Part shown: positions 11,410 through 22,246 of the stretch, piece by piece | Numbering within the stretch: the stretch's first letter is position 1 | Layout: each line of letters starts with the position of its first letter | Source of the DNA: Chthoniobacteraceae bacterium | Lineage (GTDB): Bacteria; Verrucomicrobiota; Verrucomicrobiia; Chthoniobacterales; Chthoniobacteraceae | DNA: 64,000 nt | Direction of reading: 5' to 3' | NCBI GenBank assembly: GCA_037190965.1 | Contig: JBBCKI010000023.1 | Coordinates: 1-64,000 of the forward strand | Translations under genes and position numbers: made by a program | The notes under the pieces: model-generated | Databases searched by the model: none | Seen by the model: only the letters and a program-made list of their open reading frames with translations | Told to the model about the DNA's origin: nothing

Positions 11410-12132
11410 ATGCCGACTCCTTCTTTCTCCTACCCTGCCTTCAAAGGCCACTTTGGCGTCGCTCGTCGCGACATCACCCCGTCACTGGGAATTTACTCCC
11501 GCAACTGGGGGGCTGCAAAATCGGATGTGGCGACTGCCATCCATCGCCCGCTCACGCTCACATGCCTCGCGATCCAGGCCAATGACGGAAGCGGTCCGAT
11601 GGCGATCCTGTCCTTGGACCTCGGCTGGTTTCGCTCGGCAGAAGAAGAAAAGCTCCTCATCAAAGCAGTCCGCGATGCAGGCATCGCCGAAGGTCGGTAC
11701 GTGATGGCACTGACGCATACGCACGCGGGGCCGGTGTTCTGCCCTGGTGACGCAGGCAAGCCAGGAGGAGAATGGATTCACCGTTATCTCCAAAGCCTCA
11801 CCCACAACATCCGGGAAGCGATCGCTGAAGCTCTGGGGAACCTTCAGCCGGGGCTCCTCGAAGCCGCCACGGGCTCCTGTCATCTTGCCACGAACAGAGA
11901 CTTTCCTGATCCCGAGCGGAACGGCGAACGGCTCCTCGTCGGCTGGAACCCGGAAATCGAAGCCGACAGCACCCTCCTTATCGCCCGAATCAGCAATGAC
12001 AACGGGGCCTGCCTCGCGACGCTAGTCAACTATGCCTGCCACCCCACCATCCTCGCGTGGGATAACGAAACGATCTCTCCCTATTTTGTGGGCGCAATGC
12101 GCGAGATCCCTCGTTGGCTGGCGCGGCGCTAA
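11410..12132 (+). pseudogene. Neutral/alkaline ceramidase-like protein, C-terminally truncated
   Basis: RRDITP, THTHAGP, NR and NYACHPT. Homology-like sequence stops after GAMRE, where the convergent primase remnant begins. Confidence 0.7.
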
Positions 12133-12753
12133 AATCACGTTCGATGACGAGAAACCGCCGTGGGCCGGTATTTTCGAGTGTCCGAGGCGAAAGTGCGCCA
12201 TCGCTCTTTCGTCGCCCTTGTTCCGCAGTCATGGGGCTGGGAACAATGAACGAGAGGTCGGAAAGCTTTCCCCTCCGTTCTTCCCGTGTGCCGGTCCCGA
12301 ATCGTTTGCTTGTCCAACCACAGCATAATAGCGGATTACCGGGAAACAACCGCTCGATCAACTCTTCGGCATGAGAAGCCCCTTCCAGCCGCACGGGAGA
12401 GCGCTCCCACAGATCGACCAGATGAACACCCTTCCGAACGATGGCGTCAATTTGCCCTATGCTTGGCATAGGCCAGCGCGCACCGGGATTAACCTTGCCC
12501 TTTGTTGCCCCGATTGCAGAACAGGCTTTCGAATTGCGAACTGCATCAGGAATCTCGTTCGATCCCAGCGCGCGCCCGCAGCCACGGAAGCCGCCTCAAG
12601 CAGCCGGGCAATTTCATCCTCCGGCAGGTGCCGATGCAACACCCTGGCGCATCGGAAGAGCCATTGATGAACCCCCGATCCTGACACCGGACACGCGGCC
12701 AGAATCTCCCTGGCATAGCGCGGCAACGAAGCCGAATTGACATCCTCCCTCAT
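12105..12753 (-). pseudogene. Phage/plasmid-type primase or replication protein remnant, frameshifted and truncated
   Basis: Two overlapping ORFs: 12457-12753 (GSGVHQWLFRCARVL, PriCT-like) and 12026-12469 (FIVPSPM...RTLENTGPRRFLVIE). It follows an excisionase-like HTH. Confidence 0.5.
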
Positions 12754-12835
12754 TCGTGGGCCTCCAAGTGAGGAACCAGCAAATCCAGAACGACACCAGA
12801 GCTGGGCATCTTGCGAGGGGTGCCCGGCTTCTATT

Positions 12836-13096
12836 TTAGCCCGGCCCTGAATGCTTTATGAGCCTCGCCGAAGAAGACGCGATCCATTTTATCGGCGCCC
12901 TCGTGTTGACGCCGAATTTTTGGGCCAGTGCAGCCCGAACCTGCCCCATGTCGAACAGGTGCAGTCGAGGGCTAATGGCCAAATACGGAACAATCCCTTT
13001 GGCGACCCAATCATCGAGTGTCCGAGGCGAGATCGATAGGATACGCGCGGCATCGCGCTTTTTCAGCAATTGCGGCTCTTGATTCGTAGGTTCCAT
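12836..13096 (-). CDS. Excisionase/AlpA-like helix-turn-helix DNA-binding protein
   Basis: LLKKRDAARILSISPRTLDDWVAKGIVPY. Confidence 0.85.
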   Translation of the reverse strand: MEPTNQEPQLLKKRDAARILSISPRTLDDWVAKGIVPYLAISPRLHLFDMGQVRAALAQKFGVNTRAPIKWIASSSARLIKHSGPG

Positions 13097-13216
13097 GCAC
13101 CACGCGCAGTGTCAATCGAGTGCCGCATTTGCCATCCGTGGCGTTCCGAATCGGGTATCCTTCCGCAAGATCTTTTGAATATGCCTGTAGTGCCTGTATC
13201 TTCCCTGTGCATTCAA

Positions 13217-13630
13217 ATGTTTGTTCGGCAGAAGACATCAAGAGGAGGAAAGATCATTCACCAGCTGGTGGAAACCGCCCGCATTGACGACAAGGTGCGA
13301 CAGAGGGTGATTGCACATTTGGGAGAATCCGCCAGCCTTGCCGCCGCAATTCAGGAATGCGAGGCCAAGCTCGAGAGGGAGCGGGGGCTGCTTGCCAAGA
13401 GCCTCGCCGGAGCCGAAGAGGTCAGAGCGAAATGGGATTCCAAAGGCTCTAAAGTCCCGAATGATCTGGCAGCCATTCGCCGCATGGCGCGACACAATTG
13501 GGATATGAAATTTCTTCGGAACGCTTTATGGTTTGCACAGCAGGCACAAAAGAAAATACCGCTGCTGGAAGGCCAGCTCGCACGGCTTCGCGCGGCAGAA
13601 GGAAAATGGCGGGAAAAGAGCGAAACGTAG
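13217..13630 (+). CDS. Hypothetical protein: IS1634-transposase-like N-terminal motif plus coiled coil
   Basis: MFVRQKTSRGGKIIHQLVETARIDDKVRQRVIAHLGE, then a helical charged tail with no DDE domain. Confidence 0.55.
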   Translation: MFVRQKTSRGGKIIHQLVETARIDDKVRQRVIAHLGESASLAAAIQECEAKLERERGLLAKSLAGAEEVRAKWDSKGSKVPNDLAAIRRMARHNWDMKFLRNALWFAQQAQKKIPLLEGQLARLRAAEGKWREKSET

Positions 13631-13668
13631 TGCCTGCGATTATCATGCCGTAAATACAACTGCAGGCA

Positions 13669-14941
13669 CTACACTGGCATGATGCCAAACCATGCCCGTG
13701 CCTGTTCCGGCGTGACCAGTTCTCGATAGTGCTTAAAGAGCATGGCGGGGGAGTTGCCCATTTCGAGGCTGACCTTGGCGGCGTCCTGCACCTCCGCAAT
13801 GCGGTAACTGCCGAAGCTGTGGCGCAAGGCGTTGGACTTCCACGGCACCCCGGCTTGCTTGGAGCAACGGGTGATGCCGCGGCGGTGATTGTCTGGTGTG
13901 ATCTTTCCTTCTCTTTTCGGGTGCAGGAGCAACCACGCCCTGAGGTTATCGGAGATTGGCACCAAGCGCCGCTGGCGGGTTTTTGCGATGTCCCATGCAA
14001 TTTTAATGTAACCGGCATGCAGGTCCACCGCCTCCCAATCAAGGCGAGATCTCGGCGCTCCGCAGGCCAGCGAACGCCCCGATTGCCATGAAGGGCAACA
14101 TCGCCGGTTCGTGCTCGCGAGCGGCGATCAGAATTTTTTCCATTTCGGTTGCCGTGAAGATTTCCGGAGTCGGACAAGCCAACCGCATCTTCTGGAGTCC
14201 CTCCGTAACAGGAGGCCGATCCGCCCTGAGATGCCCTTGCCGTTGAGCCCAGGTAAACAGCGTCTTGAGGGTCGATGTGATATTGTTCTTGGTTCTGGGG
14301 CTTCCGCGAATAGCTGAAATGTATGCTTCAACATCCCCCGCGGAAATCCCCGAGATGGAGGCGGGCTGAAACCGCTTTGCAAAGGGCCGGAGCAGAGAAC
14401 AGAGTGTCTGGAAATGGCGCTTTGACATCCCCGCTTTTCTCTTCGATTCGATGAAGCGCTCGACGGCGTCGCTGATCGTCGCCTCCACAATCCCATGAAG
14501 TGCGTCTGCCAGGGACTTTGCCGAGCCGAGGATTGATGGTCCCAGAAGTGCTCGGGCGTCGGCCCACTCGCGAATGGCAAACGGGAGTGAAACGTCGAAC
14601 CTCGCAGCAATGGCCTCCGCGTCCCGGAGCATCTGAATGTCCTGTGGCCTGACATCGACCGCGCGGCCTTGATTCAAAAGCGAAACGTGAACCTGCTGCG
14701 CGAAGGACTTGGCCTGGAGCGCGTCCACGAAAGTCTTCGTACGCCGCTCGCCCAGTTCATACCACGCGATCCGAAAGAAGCGGTAGCGGGTGGCTTTTCG
14801 CCGGATGGGGTAGATTTTCACCTCGGCCTCCCCGTGACCGACAGCTTGCACGCGATTCATACGAGATCGCGGCGATGTCAACGTGCTGCATGATTTTTTG
14901 GGCCGCGGGGTCGCCATTTTCGTCGTAAGTGCCGCATCCAC
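13669..14941 (-). pseudogene. Tyrosine integrase, frameshifted at about 14040
   Basis: FAGLRSAEIS ends in one frame. LDWEAVDLHAGYI...AKTRQRRLVP...NALRHSFGSY...MGNS...HY continues in another. Adjacent to the tRNA 3' end. Confidence 0.9.
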
Positions 14942-14953
14942 AAAGACTTGTGG

Positions 14954-15028
14954 TGGCAGCGCGTACGGGATTTGAACCCGTGCACCAGCCTTGAGAGGGC
15001 TGTGTCCTAACCCCTAGACGAACGCGCC
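14954..15028 (-). tRNA. tRNA-Glu (anticodon CTC)
   Basis: GGCGCGTTCGTCTAGGGGTTAGGACA-CAGCC-CTCTCAA-GGCTG-GTGC-ACGGGTTCAAATCCCGT-ACGCGCT-GCCA forms a full cloverleaf with encoded CCA. Confidence 0.97.
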
Positions 15029-15292
15029 GTTTTTTAAGGATTCGCTGAGCGATTCCATAAAGAGGGGTAAGAGTTTAGCGAGGATTTCGGTGGTGGCAAC
15101 CCTCTTTTTGCATTTCACGCACGTCTTCGACGATGCTGTGGGATCGCCGCCTAATCCCGCAATCAATGGTTTACTCCTGGAGCCATCGCATTCACTCGGG
15201 CAAATCTACGGCATTGGCCCTTCTCGAGCGCCCCATCCTCATCCCCTTGCTTGCAAAGTGGCACTTCCGGCGATAGAAACACCTTCCCTTTT

Positions 15293-16858
15293 ATGAAAAC
15301 GCCACAGGTCCTTCTCTACGACACCACCCTTCGCGACGGCACGCAGGGGACAGGAATTTCGTTCAGCGTCCTGGACAAGATTCGCATTGCGGAGAAGCTC
15401 GACTCATTCGGCATCCATTACATCGAGGGCGGCTGGCCCGGCTCCAACCCGAAAGACGTTGAGTTCTTTCAGGAAGCAAGCAAGCGAACCTGGAGAAACG
15501 CGAAAATCGCCGCCTTCGGCAGCACCCGGCGTGCGGGCGTGGCCGTGGATCAAGACCCCCAGGTACAGGCGCTTCTGGATGCGGGCACGCCCGTCGTCAC
15601 GCTGGTCGGCAAAAGCTCGGTCCTGCACGTGCGCGAGGTCCTCAACGTCACGCCGGAAGAAAACCGCGCGATGATTCGCGACACGGTGGCGTACTTCAAA
15701 AAACACGGCCGCGAAGTCTGTTACGACGCGGAACACTTTTTCGACGGGTACAAGGAAGACGCCGAGCACGCGGTCAGCACGCTGCTCGCGGCGGTGGAAG
15801 CCGGGGTGGATCTCCCCATTCTCTGCGACACCAACGGCGGCACGCTCCCCGAAGAAGTGGAAGCGATCACGCGGGACGTCATCGCGAAGATCGGCATGCC
15901 GGTGGGCATCCACACGCATAACGACTGCGGGCTGGGCGTCGCCAACGCGCTGGCGGCGGTCCGCGCCGGGGCGGTGCAGATCCAGGGCACCATCAACGGC
16001 TACGGCGAACGCGTGGGCAACTGCAACCTCACCACGGTGATGCCCAATTTGCAGATCAAAATGGGGATCCAGGTGGTCCCCGACCTGACCCGTCTGCGCG
16101 AGCTTTCCCTCTTTGTCGATGATCTGGCCAACAGCCCGCATGACATCCGCGCTCCCTATGTCGGTTCCACGGCGTTTGCCCACAAAGGAGGCATCCACGT
16201 CAATGCCGTGCAGAAGCTCGCACGCAGCTATGAGCACATCCGCCCCGAGGAAGTCGGCAACTCGCAGAACATCCTCGTCTCGGAGCTTTCCGGGCAGAGC
16301 AACATCCTCCTGAAGGCCGAGGCGCTCGGCATCCCGCTGGAAAAAGGTTCGCCGGAGGTGCTTGCCATTCTCAAGGAGATCAAACGCCGCGAAGCGCTGG
16401 GGTATGAGTATGAAGCCGCCGACGGCTCGCTCGATCTTCTGATCCGCAAGACGCTCTCGCCGCAGAAGCCGATTTTCGAACTACTGGAGTACCATTGCAC
16501 TTATCGTCGCTCCAGCGTCGGCGCATGCAATACGTGCGAGGCAACGGTGAAGCTGAGCATCGGCGGCACCAAGTATTACACCGTGGATGAAGGCGACGGC
16601 CCCGTGAACGCCCTCGACGCGGCGCTTCGCAAAGCGTTGCGCCCCGTCTACCCTCAGGTCGATTCCATCGCCCTCAAGGATTACAAAGTCCGCATCATCG
16701 ACAGCAAACAGGGCACCGCCGCCAGCACGCGCGTCCTCGTCGTTTCCAGCGATGAGGTCGCCGACTGGGGAACCGTCGGCGTCTCCGACAACGTCATTGA
16801 GGCAAGCTGGCTCGCCCTCGTCGACGCCATCGAGTTCAAGCTTCTGGGAGGCGCTTGA
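15293..16858 (+). CDS. cimA: Citramalate synthase
   Basis: YDTTLRDGTQG, IEGGWPGSNPKD, HTHND, AHKGGIH and a C-terminal regulatory domain (GDGPVNALD). Confidence 0.93.
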   Translation: MKTPQVLLYDTTLRDGTQGTGISFSVLDKIRIAEKLDSFGIHYIEGGWPGSNPKDVEFFQEASKRTWRNAKIAAFGSTRRAGVAVDQDPQVQALLDAGTPVVTLVGKSSVLHVREVLNVTPEENRAMIRDTVAYFKKHGREVCYDAEHFFDGYKEDAEHAVSTLLAAVEAGVDLPILCDTNGGTLPEEVEAITRDVIAKIGMPVGIHTHNDCGLGVANALAAVRAGAVQIQGTINGYGERVGNCNLTTVMPNLQIKMGIQVVPDLTRLRELSLFVDDLANSPHDIRAPYVGSTAFAHKGGIHVNAVQKLARSYEHIRPEEVGNSQNILVSELSGQSNILLKAEALGIPLEKGSPEVLAILKEIKRREALGYEYEAADGSLDLLIRKTLSPQKPIFELLEYHCTYRRSSVGACNTCEATVKLSIGGTKYYTVDEGDGPVNALDAALRKALRPVYPQVDSIALKDYKVRIIDSKQGTAASTRVLVVSSDEVADWGTVGVSDNVIEASWLALVDAIEFKLLGGA

Positions 16859-16877
16859 CCCGACGGATAAGCGTCCG

Positions 16878-19274
16878 TCACCGCCCGCGAAAGGAGCCGA
16901 ACACGACCGCCAGGGACGCAAGCGAACTGATCGGCATGATGACGGCGGCCACGATCGGATTCATGGAGCCGTGGAGGCAGAGCGCGACGGCCGCCACGTT
17001 GTAGGCGAGGGAAAGCAGGACCACACGCCGCCCGGCGCGCTGCCGCTGCCGGGCCACGGCGAAGAGCCGGCGCACGCCGCCAAGGCCACGCCCAAGGAAA
17101 TAAAAATCGGCCTTATGCTCCAACAGCCCCCGGTCCACCGCCGGGGTGCCGGTGCAGAAGCTCTCGTTAAAGGCGAGGCTGTCGTTGGCTCCGTCGCCGA
17201 TCATCAGGGTATCGTGCCGGTCGCCGGTGCGGATCCAGGCGGCTTTCTCCTGCGGTGTCATCCCGCCCTGGCAATGAGCTTTCCTGATCCCGAGCCGCTC
17301 CGCCAGGGCCTCCACTTTGCCGGGCCTGTCGCCGCTTAAAATATAGATCTCGTGGCCCTCGCCTTGCAGGGCGGCGACTTCCTCGGGAGCATCCGGGCGG
17401 GCTTCCTCGCAAAACCGAAACCGCGCCAACACCCGGCCATCACGCGAGAACGCCGCGTCGTGGCTCAACCCCGCCGGCGTCTCGTCGCTGTCCATGCCGG
17501 TGTGCCAACCGGGCCGCCCAAGCCGCCATACCATCCCGCCCAGAGAGAGCTCCAATCCAAACCCGACGACCTCTTTTGGCGATACCCCGGCAACCGGGAC
17601 AACACCTCCCGCCAACAGCACTTCCCGCAGGCAAGCGCTCGCCGGGTGGAAGCTGTCGTAAACCAAAGCAAGAAGGACCGCTTGTTCGTCGGAAGACAAG
17701 GCAGCCAATGCCTCCGGGTTCGCCAGCGCGAGGCGCTCCAGGGTCAATGTTCCGGTTTTATCGAACAAAATTCTGCGGACCTTCAGGATCCGCGCCCATA
17801 GACTCTGCTCGCGAACAAAGACGCCCGCGCGCCGCAGGCGTTCCGTAGCCAGCTCATCGGCCAGCGGCAACGCCACGCCCGCCGCGCAGGGGCATGACAC
17901 CACAAGAATGGAGGTGAGCACCTGCAACGACTGCAAAAGATCCCCGCTCCGCCAGATCCAGAACACAAAGCCGAGCGCGCCGACAACGAGAACCGCCCCG
18001 ATGTAAGCACGCAGAAAACGCTCCAGGCCGGAGTTGCGATGCATTCGCGGACGAATTTCGAGCAACGAAGCCAGCACCGATGAAGACCACGCCTCCGTCG
18101 CCTCAAGCTCGATGCTGCTTTGAGAGCAATTCACCGCGCCGGACGGGAGGAGTTCGCCCGCCCGGGCAAGCCGCGCCTCGCTCTCCCCATTGATCCACTC
18201 CAGGCCAAGCGTCGCGGCGGAAGAGCGCAGCCGGGAACGGACAGGGATGAGATGCCCGGGAGCGATTTTATAAACGATCCCCTTCTCCAGCCGGGTGGCG
18301 GGGATTTTCTCGGGCCCCGCCGGTGTCGGCACGAGCACTTCGCCGGGGTCGGCCCGCGAACTAAGCAGACGGTTGCGATTCTTCTCGACCGCCCTTTGCT
18401 GCACCCAGCGACCGACGAGCATCAGGAACGTGAAGGTAGAGACGAACTCGAAATAGATGAAATTGGTCGCCCCGGCGATCCAGGCGTGGATCGAGCCCGC
18501 ATACGCCGCAATCAGCCCGAGGGAGATGGGAAGATCCAGATGAAGCGCTCCCGCCCTGAGGCCGTGCCACGCCCGCGCGAAGAAGTAGCTCCCCCCGGTC
18601 ACAAAGCTGAGCGTGGCAAAGACGAACGCGAGCCGCATGAAGATCGGAAATGCGGGCGCTTCCGCCCTCATCCCGAAATAGACAGGCACGCTGAAGAGCA
18701 TCGCGTTCATCGCGAAAGCCCCGCAAAGCCCCATTCTTCGGACCAGCGGACGCATCGCGCCCGTCGTCGTAGCGTCGGAAGAAGCAGGGGAGACGGCGGC
18801 ATCCTTCGGCCCGAGCAGGTAGCCGAATCGCTGCAACTCCCCGGCGAAGGCGGCAAGATCGCATTCGCCCGCCACCCAGCGGAATTCGATACTCCCCGAA
18901 GCGGGCGCAACCTCCACGGCCAGAGCGCCCGGTTGCCGATGGAACAGCCGCTCGATCAACCAGACGCAACCGAGACACGAGATCCCCTGAAGATCGAGCA
19001 CGAGCCGCGCCTCGCCCGTTTGCTCAGCCTCCGCGGCGCGCGCCGCCAGCCATGAATAGTCTCTCTGCCCGAAGACGTGCGAGGGAGCCGGAGGCAACGC
19101 CGCATTCTGGAGATCATAAAAGCGATCGAGCCCCTGGCTGGAGATCAGCTCGTGAACAAACTGGCATCCGGCGCAACAAAACCCGCCACCATGCACCGTG
19201 CGCGACGCCAGCGGCGTGCCGCAATGCTTGCAGAGCGCCGGAATATCAGGATTGGCTTTGATTAGTGACAGCAT
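16878..19274 (-). CDS. ccoI: Heavy-metal (Cu) P1B-type ATPase for cbb3 assembly
   Basis: CKHC/FCCAGC, CLGC, VSCPC, DKTGT and GDGAND. Last gene of the cco operon. Confidence 0.9.
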   Translation of the reverse strand: MLSLIKANPDIPALCKHCGTPLASRTVHGGGFCCAGCQFVHELISSQGLDRFYDLQNAALPPAPSHVFGQRDYSWLAARAAEAEQTGEARLVLDLQGISCLGCVWLIERLFHRQPGALAVEVAPASGSIEFRWVAGECDLAAFAGELQRFGYLLGPKDAAVSPASSDATTTGAMRPLVRRMGLCGAFAMNAMLFSVPVYFGMRAEAPAFPIFMRLAFVFATLSFVTGGSYFFARAWHGLRAGALHLDLPISLGLIAAYAGSIHAWIAGATNFIYFEFVSTFTFLMLVGRWVQQRAVEKNRNRLLSSRADPGEVLVPTPAGPEKIPATRLEKGIVYKIAPGHLIPVRSRLRSSAATLGLEWINGESEARLARAGELLPSGAVNCSQSSIELEATEAWSSSVLASLLEIRPRMHRNSGLERFLRAYIGAVLVVGALGFVFWIWRSGDLLQSLQVLTSILVVSCPCAAGVALPLADELATERLRRAGVFVREQSLWARILKVRRILFDKTGTLTLERLALANPEALAALSSDEQAVLLALVYDSFHPASACLREVLLAGGVVPVAGVSPKEVVGFGLELSLGGMVWRLGRPGWHTGMDSDETPAGLSHDAAFSRDGRVLARFRFCEEARPDAPEEVAALQGEGHEIYILSGDRPGKVEALAERLGIRKAHCQGGMTPQEKAAWIRTGDRHDTLMIGDGANDSLAFNESFCTGTPAVDRGLLEHKADFYFLGRGLGGVRRLFAVARQRQRAGRRVVLLSLAYNVAAVALCLHGSMNPIVAAVIMPISSLASLAVVFGSFRGR

Positions 19275-19930
19275 GACACAGGAGCTTCCAGACCGGCGAT
19301 GCCGTGAATTCCTCTCCAGATCAGGAGCAATGCGGAGAGAAACGCCAACGCGCGCTGAACGCGTTGAAAGGTGAGGCCGGAAACCGGGAGGCGGGCGAAT
19401 TGGGTTTGGGCGAGAAGAAAAAGCGGGATCGTCCCGGCGGCAAAGCTGGCCATCATCACCGCTCCCGACGCAAACGACCCGGCAAGGAGCGCGACGCCAA
19501 AGACAAGATACAGCGGGCCGCACGGAAGCAACGGCGTCAGAAAGCCCAACCCGGCCGCGCGCGCGGAGGGTCGCATCGCCGCCATGCGCCAGCGGAACAA
19601 CCACCGCGCCAGCAGACGAGGCTGGGGAATCCGCTTTTCCAGGCGGAAAGCGAAGGCGAGGAAGAGCAGGGCAAACGCCCACGGAACGATCCGCGCCGGG
19701 GTACTTGAAAACAGGGCTGCCGCGCGTTCCCCCGCCATGCCGAGGACTCCGCCCACAGCGCCGTAAGCGATGAGGCGGGAAAGCTGATAACTGGCGGGAG
19801 CGGCAATTCCTCCATCCCGTCCAAAAGCAGCGCACGTCAACGGCCCGCACATTCCGGCACAATGCACGCTGGTGACGAGCCCTGCGACAAACGCGGCCAG
19901 CGGCGTGGTCAAGGTGTGGGCGTCGATCAT
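19262..19930 (-). CDS. DsbD_2 / TauE-SafE-like membrane protein of cbb3 assembly clusters
   Basis: SVHCAGMCGP and LLPCGPLY, multiple TM helices. Confidence 0.85.
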   Translation of the reverse strand: MIDAHTLTTPLAAFVAGLVTSVHCAGMCGPLTCAAFGRDGGIAAPASYQLSRLIAYGAVGGVLGMAGERAAALFSSTPARIVPWAFALLFLAFAFRLEKRIPQPRLLARWLFRWRMAAMRPSARAAGLGFLTPLLPCGPLYLVFGVALLAGSFASGAVMMASFAAGTIPLFLLAQTQFARLPVSGLTFQRVQRALAFLSALLLIWRGIHGIAGLEAPVSCCH

Positions 19931-20085
19931 GATGGGCGGGCCTCCGTCTTCCAGGGAGGATCAAGAGGAACCTGCGCGGGCTTGTTTTTCTCCGCGATGA
20001 CGACAACGCCCGCCAACGCGCCGAGCATCAAGACAAAAGGCACCGCAATCCAGATCCAGGGGTTGTTTCTGAGAAATGCTTTCAT
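19927..20085 (-). CDS. Small single-TM protein, FixH/CcoH-like (52 aa, not in ORF track)
   Basis: MKAFLRNNPWIWIAVPFVLMLGALAGVVVIAEKNKPAQVPLDPPWKTEARPS. Follows ccoG, with an ATGA overlap to the next gene. Confidence 0.7.
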   Translation of the reverse strand: MKAFLRNNPWIWIAVPFVLMLGALAGVVVIAEKNKPAQVPLDPPWKTEARPS

Positions 20086-20099
20086 GACTAGCTAACGTG

Positions 20100-21479
<1,380 letters not shown>

Positions 21480-21489
21480 GGGGTTAGCT

Positions 21490-22068
21490 CTAGGGAGCGG
21501 GGGCAGGAGCCGCCGCCGATTCTTCCTTGAGGATTGGCGCGTCCGGCGAGTGATAGCTCAGGAGATAGGCGGCGACTTCCGCCGTCTTCGCTCTTCCAAG
21601 GACCGGGCCCCACGAAGGCATTCCCTTTGCGGTGACGCCGTCAGTGACGGAGCGGAGCACTTCGTGCGGTAAGCCTCCGTGTCTCCACTGATTATCCTTG
21701 AGGTTCGGGCCGATCTTTCCACTCAGGTCGTCGTTGTGACACGACGCACAGGTGGAAAGATAAGTCGCCTTGCCCGCACTGACGATCGAGAGATCGCGAC
21801 TCATCGTCCAGAGCTGTTCGTCGCTGAGCGCCGCGCCGGAGTTTTGAGCGGCCAGGGCGATCCGCGCCATCTCTGCCTCCACCCGCGCGCCGTCGGGATA
21901 AAGAGTCCCCGGGTACTCATAGTAGAACCAATAAAGCGCGGAGAAAACGATGGCCCCGTGAAGCGTCCAGAGCCACCAGTTCGGCAGGCGTTTATCGTAT
22001 TCCTGAATCCCGTCAAAAACGTGTTCGCGAATCGGGTCTTCGTGAAGATCGGGTTGATCACTCTTCAT
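21490..22068 (-). CDS. ccoP: cbb3 oxidase subunit III (monohaem)
   Basis: HVFDGIQEYDKRLPNWW, CASCH and GMPSW. Confidence 0.92.
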   Translation of the reverse strand: MKSDQPDLHEDPIREHVFDGIQEYDKRLPNWWLWTLHGAIVFSALYWFYYEYPGTLYPDGARVEAEMARIALAAQNSGAALSDEQLWTMSRDLSIVSAGKATYLSTCASCHNDDLSGKIGPNLKDNQWRHGGLPHEVLRSVTDGVTAKGMPSWGPVLGRAKTAEVAAYLLSYHSPDAPILKEESAAAPAPAP

Positions 22069-22240
22069 AGCGGGGCCTTTCCTGGTCCTGGTCCAAGGGT
22101 AGCGATTCCAGATGGCGCAACTGCGCCTTGGGCATGAGCAGGATGCGCACGACGGCCAGCAGAAAGATGGCCAGAAAGATCCAGAGGGCGATCTGCGGCA
22201 TCTGCTGCATCCACGGTTCGAGTTCAATACGGCGGAACAT
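22058..22240 (-). CDS. ccoQ: cbb3 oxidase subunit IV-like
   Basis: Short single-TM protein ending LESLPLD, between ccoO and ccoP. Confidence 0.75.
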   Translation of the reverse strand: MFRRIELEPWMQQMPQIALWIFLAIFLLAVVRILLMPKAQLRHLESLPLDQDQERPRYEE

Positions 22241-22246
22241 AAGCAA

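Larger units (their letters stand above)
1..14953. mobile_element. Degenerate integrative genomic island at tRNA-Glu; left boundary not seen in the window
   Basis: tRNA-integrase-HTH-primase order, a second integrase remnant, AT-richer cargo and clustered gene disruptions. Confidence 0.7.

Noticed and set aside
14951..14956. CCACCA at the tRNA-Glu 3' end as a degradation tag
   Set aside because: That tag is added post-transcriptionally. A genomic extra CCA is more simply chance or an integration scar.
16878..20006. 1042 aa version of the P-type ATPase
   Set aside because: The N-terminal extension overlaps the DsbD_2-like gene in another frame. The real start is near 19274.
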